This document shows positions 48,354-56,518 of a DNA stretch of 64,000 nucleotides, piece after piece (the first letter of the stretch is position 1; each line of letters begins with the position of its first letter). The translations under genes were made by a program, and so were the position numbers. Source of the stretch: Chthoniobacteraceae bacterium (GTDB lineage Bacteria > Verrucomicrobiota > Verrucomicrobiia > Chthoniobacterales > Chthoniobacteraceae); contig JANNWY010000083.1 of assembly GCA_031409335.1 (NCBI GenBank), forward strand, positions 1 through 64,000. Direction: 5' to 3'. Below the pieces are notes generated by a model. It made no database searches, was not told where the DNA came from, and worked only from the letters and a program-made list of their open reading frames with translations.

Positions 48354-49664
48354 ATGAAACGAATCACCCCTGCCCGCTTTTTTCTCATCTGTCTCGCGAC
48401 GCTGTCCACATGCGCATTTGCGGACCTCGTGACCCTGAAAACGGATGAAAAGATCGAAGGCAAAATCATCGCGGAGAGCGAAACCGAAATCACGATCTCC
48501 ACGAAGGTTTCCGCCACCATCACCGACGAACGGGTCATCAAGCGGACCGAGATTAAGTCCATCACCAAGGATGCGCCCGATGAGCTGCGCTGGCAGGGCT
48601 TGAAAAATGTGAAGCTCGGCCGGAATTCGTTTCCGCTGACGTCCTACGACTTGGCAATCAATCCGTTCAACGGATTCATGGCGGAATTTCCCACCAGCAA
48701 ATTTGCCGCGGAGGCGAAGAAGCTGGCGGACGAATTCGCCGCGGAAAAGAAACGGGTGGAGGCAGGCGAGGTGAAGCTCGACGAAAAGTGGCTGAGCAAG
48801 GAGGAGGCGCTGAAGGAAGGCGTCCAGATCAAGGCATTGACCGCGTTTAACTACATGAAGGATCAAAGCACGCGGGATATGACCGGCGCGCTCAATACCC
48901 TTGATGCGATCGAGAAAAATTTCCCTGGCACGCGCGCGTATCCCGACGCGGTCGAGTACGCGCAAAAGATGCTCCCTGCGCTGAAGGCCGAAGTGGACCG
49001 CCGGAGCAAGGCGCTCGCCGCCCAAAAGATCGAGCAAACCGATGCCATCAAGAAACTCACCGGGCCTGACAAAACCAAGCTGGAGAATGAGCGCAAGGGA
49101 GTTCAAACCGCCTTGGACGCCAACGTGAGCGCGGCGGAAAAGCTGGGTCTCAAATGGCTTCCGCTGAGCCCCGCCAACGAGCGGAGCTTGAAGATTCTCG
49201 AGACGAAGATTTCATCCGAGACCCAGCGCCTTGCGAATATCCCGATCGCGAAAATGCGCGCGTCGATTCAAACTGCGTTGAAGGCCAGGACGCTGCTGGA
49301 AGCGAAAGATCTCGATGGCGCGACCGCTGCGCTCACGCAGGCCTCGGCGGATTGGTCGAACAACGAAATCGCCACACGCCTGCGCACCGAACTCGAAGCA
49401 GCCCGGAAAATCGCTGCCGCCACACCCGCCGCGGAAATCGCGCCAGCAGCGCCCGAAGTCGCCGCGGTGGAAACCAAGCCAGCCAAGACCGAGACCAGCG
49501 ACACTTCCGCCGAGCCGGTGGCGGAGCAGGTCGATAGCGACAAGCCTTTCCTGCTCACTCCGGGAGGTGCGGTGACCGTCGTGATCCTGGTGGGGCTCGT
49601 GGTCGCCGCCTTCAGCGCGATCAAGAAAATCAAAGCCAGAGCGAACGACGACGGCCAGGAATAA
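48354..49664 (+). CDS. Exported helical protein with C-terminal TM anchor (PTPDL-family-like)
   Basis: Signal peptide then ADLVTLKTDEKIEGKI; coiled/helical body; Ala/Pro linker; C-terminal TM followed by KKIK; the PTPDL motif itself is not present. Confidence 0.6.
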   Translation: MKRITPARFFLICLATLSTCAFADLVTLKTDEKIEGKIIAESETEITISTKVSATITDERVIKRTEIKSITKDAPDELRWQGLKNVKLGRNSFPLTSYDLAINPFNGFMAEFPTSKFAAEAKKLADEFAAEKKRVEAGEVKLDEKWLSKEEALKEGVQIKALTAFNYMKDQSTRDMTGALNTLDAIEKNFPGTRAYPDAVEYAQKMLPALKAEVDRRSKALAAQKIEQTDAIKKLTGPDKTKLENERKGVQTALDANVSAAEKLGLKWLPLSPANERSLKILETKISSETQRLANIPIAKMRASIQTALKARTLLEAKDLDGATAALTQASADWSNNEIATRLRTELEAARKIAAATPAAEIAPAAPEVAAVETKPAKTETSDTSAEPVAEQVDSDKPFLLTPGGAVTVVILVGLVVAAFSAIKKIKARANDDGQE

Positions 49665-49671
49665 GGAACCC

Positions 49672-50259
49672 ATGACACGCACCGCCAAAATCCATCGCAA
49701 GACGAGCGAGACTGCCATCCAGATCGATCTCACAATCGATGGAAGCGGCACGAGCAGCATCGCGACCAAGATTCCGTTCTTCGATCACATGCTCACGCTT
49801 TTTGCGCGGCACAGTCTCATCGATCTCACCGTCGAGGCCGATGGCGACATCGAGGTGGACTTTCACCACACCGTCGAGGACACGGGCATAGCGCTCGGGC
49901 AGGCATTCGCCCAAGCGCTCGGCGACAAGCGCGGCATCCGCCGCTACGGCTGGGCGCTGCTGCCGATGGATGAAACCCTCTCGCGCGTCGTCGTCGATTT
50001 CAGCGGACGCCCATTCCTCGAATACCGCGCGCCGGAATCGGTCGCGTCGATCGGCGGCTTTCCGTTTCAGTTGGTGGAGGAATTCCTGCGCGGTTTCTCG
50101 GTCCACGCTGGCTGCAATTTGCACGCCGAAATCCTCTACGGACGCGACGCTCACCACATGGCCGAGGCGATTTTCAAAGGGCTCGCGAAAGCGGTGGATC
50201 AAGCGTGTCAGCTCGATCCGCGCGTCGTCGGAATTCCAAGCACGAAGGGGATGCTCTGA
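49672..50259 (+). CDS. hisB: Imidazoleglycerol-phosphate dehydratase
   Basis: FFDHML, DFHHTVED, PMDE, HHMAEAIFK, PSTKG. Confidence 0.96.
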   Translation: MTRTAKIHRKTSETAIQIDLTIDGSGTSSIATKIPFFDHMLTLFARHSLIDLTVEADGDIEVDFHHTVEDTGIALGQAFAQALGDKRGIRRYGWALLPMDETLSRVVVDFSGRPFLEYRAPESVASIGGFPFQLVEEFLRGFSVHAGCNLHAEILYGRDAHHMAEAIFKGLAKAVDQACQLDPRVVGIPSTKGML

Positions 50260-50268
50260 ATTTATCAG

Positions 50269-50350
50269 TTAGGATTTAGGAATTAGGATTTGGCCCGCCG
50301 CTCGGACGCCGCTTCGAATTCCTAAATCCTAATTCCTGGTTCCTAAATCC
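50269..50350. repeat. Palindromic element with heptamer-repeat arms between hisB and hisH
   Basis: TTAGGAT TTAGGAA TTAGGAT ... TCCTAAA TCCTAAT TCCTGGT TCCTAAA TCC. Confidence 0.8.
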
Positions 50351-50959
50351 ATGCTCGCCCTCATCGACTACGGTAGCGGCAATATCCGCAGCGTCACGAA
50401 TGCGCTCCTGCGCGAGCACGGTGATGTGGAACTCGTGAGTGATCCCGCGCGGCTCGCGGATGCGGATGCGATCGTGCTTCCGGGAGTCGGTGCGTTTGGC
50501 GATTGCGTGCGCGGGCTGGAGTCGCGCGGGCTTTGGGAGCCGCTGGCGGCTTGGCTCGCGGCGGACAAGCCGTTCCTCGGAATCTGCGTCGGCTACCAAA
50601 TGCTTTTCGACGAGAGCGAGGAATCGCCAGGAGTTCGCGGATTCGGATTTTTCCCGGGGAAAGTAAAACGCTTTTCCACGCCGGGACTGAAAGTCCCGCA
50701 GATCGGCTGGAACCAGCTCGACCTCGCCGCGCATTCGCTCTGGCGCGGGCTCCCGGCGAATCCGCACGTCTATTTCGTCCACTCGTATTTCCCCGCGCCG
50801 ACCGATGATTCAGTCGTCACGTCCCGCTCCACCTACGGTGAAACCTTCGCCGCCAGCGCAGCTCGCGGTCGCGTGGCCGCGGTGCAATTTCACCCGGAAA
50901 AGAGCCAGGACGTCGGGCTCGGCATCTTGCGGAATTTCATCGCGGCAACCCGCGCTTGA
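50351..50959 (+). CDS. hisH: Imidazole glycerol phosphate synthase glutaminase subunit
   Basis: IDYGSGN, LPGVGAF, LGICVG, YFVHSY, QFHPEKS. Confidence 0.96.
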   Translation: MLALIDYGSGNIRSVTNALLREHGDVELVSDPARLADADAIVLPGVGAFGDCVRGLESRGLWEPLAAWLAADKPFLGICVGYQMLFDESEESPGVRGFGFFPGKVKRFSTPGLKVPQIGWNQLDLAAHSLWRGLPANPHVYFVHSYFPAPTDDSVVTSRSTYGETFAASAARGRVAAVQFHPEKSQDVGLGILRNFIAATRA

Positions 50960-50990
50960 GCCGCACTGGATCGGAGTTACGCTTTTCAAG

Positions 50991-51239
50991 ATGAGCACCG
51001 CCGCTTCACCCGAACCAAAAGACGCAGAACAACTGCGCGCGGACCTCGCCGAAAAAATTCGTGGCATGGATGAAACGCACCTGCGTCTGACGACCACGTT
51101 GTTGCGCGAGATCGAGATGAGCGAAACTCTTGCCGAGCTTGATGAAGCCTTCGACGCGGCGCGGTGCGAAGGTCGGCTTTCCCCCGAGCATATTCAGGCA
51201 GCGATCGCCGCGCATCGGCAACGGCATCCCTATCGATGA
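50991..51239 (+). CDS. Small protein, putative antitoxin
   Basis: 82 aa, helical and acidic; stop overlaps the ATG of the PIN gene (ATGA). Confidence 0.6.
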   Translation: MSTAASPEPKDAEQLRADLAEKIRGMDETHLRLTTTLLREIEMSETLAELDEAFDAARCEGRLSPEHIQAAIAAHRQRHPYR

Positions 51240-51652
51240 CCGTCTGCCTCGACACGAATGTGTTGATCCAGATGTTCGGTGGACGGGCGCAGTGGAGGCC
51301 GCTGCGCGACGCGCTTTTCCTCGGTCGCCTCGAATGGGCGATCTCAACTTCCATCCTCATGGAGTATCAGGAAATCGTCAGCGAGCGGATGGGTGCGCGA
51401 CGATGGCAGCAAGTGGCGGCGTTTGTGGATTTCCTCGCCGAAGTGCGCGGAACCGTTCGGCACGTGGAGCCGAGCTTTCAATTCCGGGTGATTGTTCACG
51501 ATGCGGACGACAACAAATTTACCGACTGCGCAATCGCGGCGCAGGCCGATTTCGTGATCACGGACGACGGGCACTTTGCTCCGCTCGAAGACGCGGGCTA
51601 CCGGCCCAAGCCAATTTCGCCGGTGGAATTCCTGCGCCGTCATCTGCACTGA
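51236..51652 (+). CDS. PIN-domain toxin (VapC-like)
   Basis: VCLDTNVL, ILMEYQE, DADDNKFTDCA...ADFVITDD.HF. Confidence 0.88.
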   Translation: MTVCLDTNVLIQMFGGRAQWRPLRDALFLGRLEWAISTSILMEYQEIVSERMGARRWQQVAAFVDFLAEVRGTVRHVEPSFQFRVIVHDADDNKFTDCAIAAQADFVITDDGHFAPLEDAGYRPKPISPVEFLRRHLH

Positions 51653-51710
51653 CGAGGAGATGCTTGCAGCCCGCGCCCGTTCCTCGGCATCGTCCCCACC
51701 TTCTCATTCC

Positions 51711-52448
51711 ATGATCCTCCTCCCCGCAATCGATCTCATGTCCGGCGAAGTCGTCCGCCTCAAACAAGGCAAGGCTGACCAGAAGACCATTTACTCGAAC
51801 GATCCCGCGGCGTTCGCCCGCCGCTGGCAGGAGGAGGGCGGCGACTATCTGCACATCGTCGATCTCGATGCGGCGTTTTCCGGAGAACTCCGCAACATCG
51901 AAAGTGTGCGCGCGATCACGAGTGCCATCACGATTCCCTGCGAACTCGGCGGCGGGATGCGCACCGAAGCCGCCATCCGGCAGGCCATCGAGGCGGGCGT
52001 GGCGCGCGTCATCATCGGCACGCGGGCGGCGGAGTCGCTCGATTTCGTGCGCGACATGGCGCGCGAATTCGGCGGCGAGCGGATCGCGGTCGGCATCGAT
52101 GCGAAGGATGGTGTCGTCTCCGTGAAAGGCTGGACCGAGATGTCCGCGATGACGGCGCTCGATCTCGCGCGAAAGGCGGAGGATGCGGGTGCGGGCACGA
52201 TCATCTACACCGACATCGCCACCGACGGCATGATGCAGGGGCCGAATTTTGGGGAGATGGAGATCATGCTGCGCGCGCTGCACTGCCAGCTTATCGCCAG
52301 CGGCGGCGTGAGCAGCGCGGCGGATGTGGCGCGGCTTGGGAAAATGGCCGGCCTTTACGGCTGCATTATCGGCAAGGCGCTTTACGACGGCGCGATCGAC
52401 CTGCGGCAAATTTCAAACCTGAAATTTCAAATCAAAAATCCTACATGA
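51711..52448 (+). CDS. hisA: ProFAR isomerase
   Basis: PAIDLMSGEVVRLKQG, LHIVDLD, GGGMR, YTDIATDG, ASGG, GKALY. Confidence 0.95.
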   Translation: MILLPAIDLMSGEVVRLKQGKADQKTIYSNDPAAFARRWQEEGGDYLHIVDLDAAFSGELRNIESVRAITSAITIPCELGGGMRTEAAIRQAIEAGVARVIIGTRAAESLDFVRDMAREFGGERIAVGIDAKDGVVSVKGWTEMSAMTALDLARKAEDAGAGTIIYTDIATDGMMQGPNFGEMEIMLRALHCQLIASGGVSSAADVARLGKMAGLYGCIIGKALYDGAIDLRQISNLKFQIKNPT

Positions 52449-53308
52449 AAATCCTTTATCTCGACTGCGCCTCCGGCATCAGCGGCGACATGACGGTCGG
52501 CGCGCTCGTCGATCTCGGCGTGAAACCATCCACCCTCGAATGGGAACTCTCGAAGCTCGCGCTCGGCGATTTTCACATGCACTTCGAGCGCCAGCAGCGG
52601 CACCATGTCGAGGGCGTGAAATTTGGCATCCATGAAGGCGCGACCCACACGCACGAGCAAGATGAGCACGCGCACGGTGAGCATTGCGGGCACGATCACG
52701 GGCATTCCCATGAGCATGAGGAACACTCGCATTCACCCGAAGAGCACGCGCATGAGTCGCATGGGTCGCATGATCACGATCACGAACACGGGCGCAGCCA
52801 TCGCGAAATCCGCGAGTTGATCGAGCACAGCGAGCTTTCCACTTTCGTGAAGAAGCGCACGCTCGCCATCTTCCAGCGCATCGCGGTCGCCGAGGGAAAA
52901 ATCCACGGCATGCCGCCGGAGAATGTCACTTTTCACGAAGTCGGCGCACTCGATTCGATCGCCGATATCGTCTGCGCGTGCGTCGCCATCGAAGCACTGG
53001 GCGTGGAAAAAGTTTTCGTCTCCGCGCTGAACGACGGACGCGGCACCGTCAATTGCGCGCACGGAACATTTCCCCTCCCCGCCCCGGCAACGATGGAAAT
53101 TTTACACGGCATCCCGCTCGGGCAACTCGATGAGCCGCACGAACTCATCACGCCCACCGGCGCGGCGATCGTCGCGGAGTTTGGCGCGTCGTTCGGGCTG
53201 ATGCCGCGCATTCAGTCGGAAAAAATCGGCTACGGCATCGGCACACGCGAACTGGCGTCGCGGCCCAACGTCCTGCGCGCCGTGCTCGGTACGCTCGCCG
53301 AGGACTAG
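52445..53308 (+). CDS. larC1: Nickel insertion protein LarC, N-terminal part with His-rich insert
   Basis: LYLDCASGISGDMTVGALVDLG, AEGKIHG...FHEVGALDSIADI, CAHG..P.PAPAT, TPTGAAI, PNVLR. Confidence 0.9.
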   Translation: MKILYLDCASGISGDMTVGALVDLGVKPSTLEWELSKLALGDFHMHFERQQRHHVEGVKFGIHEGATHTHEQDEHAHGEHCGHDHGHSHEHEEHSHSPEEHAHESHGSHDHDHEHGRSHREIRELIEHSELSTFVKKRTLAIFQRIAVAEGKIHGMPPENVTFHEVGALDSIADIVCACVAIEALGVEKVFVSALNDGRGTVNCAHGTFPLPAPATMEILHGIPLGQLDEPHELITPTGAAIVAEFGASFGLMPRIQSEKIGYGIGTRELASRPNVLRAVLGTLAED

Positions 53309-53311
53309 GCG

Positions 53312-53770
53312 ATGAATGGCGGCTACGAGACGGACACCGTCACGCGCCTCGAAACGAATCTCGACGACTGCCCCGCGGAGTGGCTCGGCGCGGTGATGCA
53401 GCGCCTGCTCGAGGCCGGCGCGCTCGATGTCTGGTTCACGCCGATCCAGATGAAAAAGCTGCGCCCCGCAGTGATGCTCTCGGTGCTTTGCAATGACGAA
53501 AAGACTTCCGCGCTCGCGGACGTGATCTTCGAGGGCACGAGCGCATTCGGGCTGCGCATCGAGAAAGTGATGCGCCTGAAACTGAGCCGCCGCATCGAAA
53601 CCGTGAACACGGAATTCGGCGAGGTTGCGGTGAAAATCGGATCGCGCGGCAACGAAGTGCTCCAAGTCGCACCCGAATACGATTCATGCCTCGCGCTGGC
53701 GAATCGCACCGGCGCATCGCTGAAGCTGATCTACGAGCAAGCCGTGCAGGCTTGGCGCAGCCAAAAGTAG
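53312..53770 (+). CDS. larC2: Nickel insertion protein LarC, C-terminal part
   Basis: LETNLDD, GALDVWFTPIQMKKLRP, TSAFGLR, APEYDSC; same frame as larC1 after TAG-GCG. Confidence 0.88.
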   Translation: MNGGYETDTVTRLETNLDDCPAEWLGAVMQRLLEAGALDVWFTPIQMKKLRPAVMLSVLCNDEKTSALADVIFEGTSAFGLRIEKVMRLKLSRRIETVNTEFGEVAVKIGSRGNEVLQVAPEYDSCLALANRTGASLKLIYEQAVQAWRSQK

Positions 53771-53842
53771 GCGAGGTTTGCAACCTCGCGCAGTGGGCCG
53801 CCTCGCGTCGCTCGTCTGAGCGAGGTTGAAAACCTCGCCTAC
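53767..53842. repeat. GTAG-family REP doublet (REPIN-like), probable bidirectional terminator
   Basis: GTAGGCGAGGTTTGCAACCTCGC ... GCGAGGTTGAAAACCTCGCCTAC; each half is itself a hairpin. Confidence 0.85.
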
Positions 53843-55389
53843 TCGCTACCCACGGCGACGCGAAACAACAGCGTTCCCGCGGTCGGCGGCGTCAGTTTCA
53901 GCACGGTGTGATCCACCGGCGCGGGCGCGGCGCTCACGGTCTGGAATGGCACCCAGCCCGCTCCGGTATTCGCGCTGACGAGATAGGTCTTGCCGGGAAC
54001 GCTCGGCCACGTCAGCCGGAAGGTGCCGTCGAGTTCCGCGCGAAAGACCGAAGGCGGATTCGCCGGACTCGTTCCTGCCGTGAACTCCGCGCCATTGCTC
54101 ACGCCATCGCCGTCCTGATCGTTCGCGGCATCATCCAGCGTCGGATTCAATCCATTCTCGGTTTCCCAGTCGTCCGGCATCCCATCGTCGTCGTTATCCA
54201 CGACAGATGGAGGCACGAGCTGGTAAAGCTCCTGGCCGAAGCCATCGCCGGAATCCGCGGCGAGAAAAAGGCCGTCGTTGATCGCGCGGAGACCGCTGGC
54301 ATTCGATCCGTAGGTGCCTTCGTAAATGTCGGCGACCATCTGCGGCGAGCCAGTGCCGCGATAGACCCAGAGTTCGTGTCCGTGCGTGCCGTCGTTGGCG
54401 AGAAAGTAGAGTTTGTGCCGGTGGACGGCAAAATTCGACGGCGCCGAGTCGGCGAGAAAATCGTCGCCGCCGGAAGCCAGATTCGGATTGATGTTCGCGA
54501 CCATCGTGAAGGTCGAGCCGTTGTATTTCCAAAGCTCGATCCCGGCGGAAGTGCGGTCGTTGGCGGCGAAGTAGAGCGCGTTTTTGAACACGGTCATCCC
54601 GGACGGATCGAATGCCAGCGGACCGGGAGCCTTGTCTGCGACCAGCGTGGAAGTCGTCCCATCATAGCCCCACAACTCGGTGCCATAGGTTGGGTTGTAA
54701 GCCTGAAAGTAGAGCTTTCCTTGAAACACCGTGAGCCCAGACGGTGCCGAGCCGTTGCCCGGATTGATGTTCGGACCGGCCTTCGATAGCGCGCTTCCAT
54801 CGTAGCGCCAGAGCTCCGTCCCCTGCCCCACCTGACCGTTCGCGCTGAAATAAAGCGCGCCATTGTATTCCGCGAAATGCTGCGGGTAGCCGCTGCCACT
54901 GCCGGGATAGATGTCGATGACCGTCAGCGTCGTCCCGTTCCACCGGAACAACTCCGTGCCCACATCCGAAAAGCGCGTGCCGCGAAAATAGAGGTCGCCT
55001 TTAAATGCGATGAACGCCTCCGGATTCTGCACGGAAACCGCAGCGGCGATCTTGGTCAGCGCCGTTCCATTCCACGACCACAGTCGATGCCCCGTGCCGT
55101 CGTTCGCACCGAAATAGAGCGTGTCATTCGCGACCGTCAGGTCGGTGGGAGTCGAGCTGCCAGCGGGATGGATCTCACCGACCTGCGCGGCAGTGGTTCC
55201 GTTGAACCGCCACAGCTCCACATTTTGCAGCGCACTGTTTGAGCGAAAGTAGATCTCGCCTTTGTAAGCCACGAGATACGACGGTCCCGAGCCGCGCGGG
55301 CCGGGATTCAGATCGAGCGCGAGCTGCACGGTGTCGGCATTCGCCTGGAGGCAGGCGAGAAATGCGGCAGTCAGACAGCAGCGCAACAT
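53839..55389 (-). CDS. Secreted ELWxxDGT-repeat beta-propeller with acidic Ca-binding-type motifs and C-terminal domain
   Basis: ELWRFNGT, ELFRWNGT, ELWRYDGS, ELWGYDGT, ELWKYNGS, ELWVYRGT; DNDDDGMPDDWE and DQDGDGVSNGAE. Confidence 0.85.
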   Translation of the reverse strand: MLRCCLTAAFLACLQANADTVQLALDLNPGPRGSGPSYLVAYKGEIYFRSNSALQNVELWRFNGTTAAQVGEIHPAGSSTPTDLTVANDTLYFGANDGTGHRLWSWNGTALTKIAAAVSVQNPEAFIAFKGDLYFRGTRFSDVGTELFRWNGTTLTVIDIYPGSGSGYPQHFAEYNGALYFSANGQVGQGTELWRYDGSALSKAGPNINPGNGSAPSGLTVFQGKLYFQAYNPTYGTELWGYDGTTSTLVADKAPGPLAFDPSGMTVFKNALYFAANDRTSAGIELWKYNGSTFTMVANINPNLASGGDDFLADSAPSNFAVHRHKLYFLANDGTHGHELWVYRGTGSPQMVADIYEGTYGSNASGLRAINDGLFLAADSGDGFGQELYQLVPPSVVDNDDDGMPDDWETENGLNPTLDDAANDQDGDGVSNGAEFTAGTSPANPPSVFRAELDGTFRLTWPSVPGKTYLVSANTGAGWVPFQTVSAAPAPVDHTVLKLTPPTAGTLLFRVAVGSE

Positions 55390-55474
55390 GGCAAAACGCG
55401 GGGGAGTCATGACCATGGCCTATGGCATCGCGCCGCAAATGCAATGCGGTGAATGTTACGTTTTGAAACGTCGA

Positions 55475-56182
55475 TCAGCGCAGCGAAACCGGGAGAAATT
55501 CGCGCGGTGCCTGGATCAGCACGGGATGCGCAGCGGGCCGCAGCCAGCGTTGCAGCTCGGCGATGGCATCGCGCGGCATCGTGGTGCAGCCGGCGCTGCC
55601 GCGCCCTGGCCCGCGCCACAGGTGCATGAAAATGCACGAGCCTGCGCGCGGGACGGCGCGGGGATTGTGGGCCACGACGATGCCGAGGCGGTAGTCTTCG
55701 CTGTCCGGGCGCATTTTTTCCGAGGAGTTCCAATCCGGTTTTGCGATGCGGGTGCGATCGACGATGCGGTTGTAGTAGCGGGAGTGCGGATCGTCGATGG
55801 CTGCGATGTCCGGCCCGCCGCGAATGTAGGGAAGCGAGACGCCCGCGGGCTTTTCATCGTAACCGAATGCGGCGGTAAGCCGGAAGACTCCAGCCGGTGC
55901 CTTGCCATCGCCCTCGACCTTTCGCGGGCCGTCGGATGGGACCGTGTGCAAACCCAGCCCCCACGCCAGTCCCGAGCGTCCCACATTCACCGAAATCGCC
56001 GGGCCCGCCGCGCGCCACGGCTCGCGCGAACTGCTCCGCGAAAAGCGGCGAAGCGTTCCCGAAGTGTCGCTCCATCCCCGCGTGGCGACGAAGACGCACT
56101 GGCGCGCGGCGGCGGGAGCAGCGAGTTCGCTGGCACAGATCTGCGGGGCGCACGCGAGCAGGATGAGAAGGTGAAAACGCAT
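55475..56182 (-). CDS. YkuD-like L,D-transpeptidase family protein
   Basis: Signal peptide; KVEGDGKAPAGVF; GSCIFMHLW.....SAGC (His...Cys catalytic motif). Confidence 0.82.
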   Translation of the reverse strand: MRFHLLILLACAPQICASELAAPAAARQCVFVATRGWSDTSGTLRRFSRSSSREPWRAAGPAISVNVGRSGLAWGLGLHTVPSDGPRKVEGDGKAPAGVFRLTAAFGYDEKPAGVSLPYIRGGPDIAAIDDPHSRYYNRIVDRTRIAKPDWNSSEKMRPDSEDYRLGIVVAHNPRAVPRAGSCIFMHLWRGPGRGSAGCTTMPRDAIAELQRWLRPAAHPVLIQAPREFLPVSLR

Positions 56183-56270
56183 GGTCGTGAGTGAAGCAGA
56201 ACGGCGGATGATTTGCCCGAAAAGATGCTTGCGCGCACAGTCGCCGCTGCTAGACGTTCCCGCTCGCAAA

Positions 56271-56351
56271 GCTCGGGTGGTGAAATGGCAGACACGTACG
56301 TTTGAGGGGCGTATGCCGTAAGGCGTGGGGGTTCAAGTCCCCCCCCGAGCA
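56271..56351 (+). tRNA. tRNA-Leu (anticodon GAG), CCA not encoded
   Basis: Acceptor GCTCGGG/CCCGAGC, D loop AAATGGCAGA, TACGT-TTGAGGG-GCGTA anticodon arm, long variable arm, GTTCAAGTC. Confidence 0.95.
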
Positions 56352-56518
56352 CTTTCCCGGCAAGCCATCAAGTTCGACCGTGGCTGTCGCCACAAAGTGA
56401 CCACTGAGGGCCGTGCCTTCCGGCGCTCTCGGGGCGCGTTGGCAATGCTCCCAATTTCGCGCAGCTTTGACAAAACGCCGACGAGGTGGGAGCCTCGCCG
56501 AAATTCAACCCCGGTCGA

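Noticed and set aside
53306..53308. Genome-wide TAG recoding or pyrrolysine
   Set aside because: TAG ends secA, bioB and holB at expected positions; no pyl genes in the window
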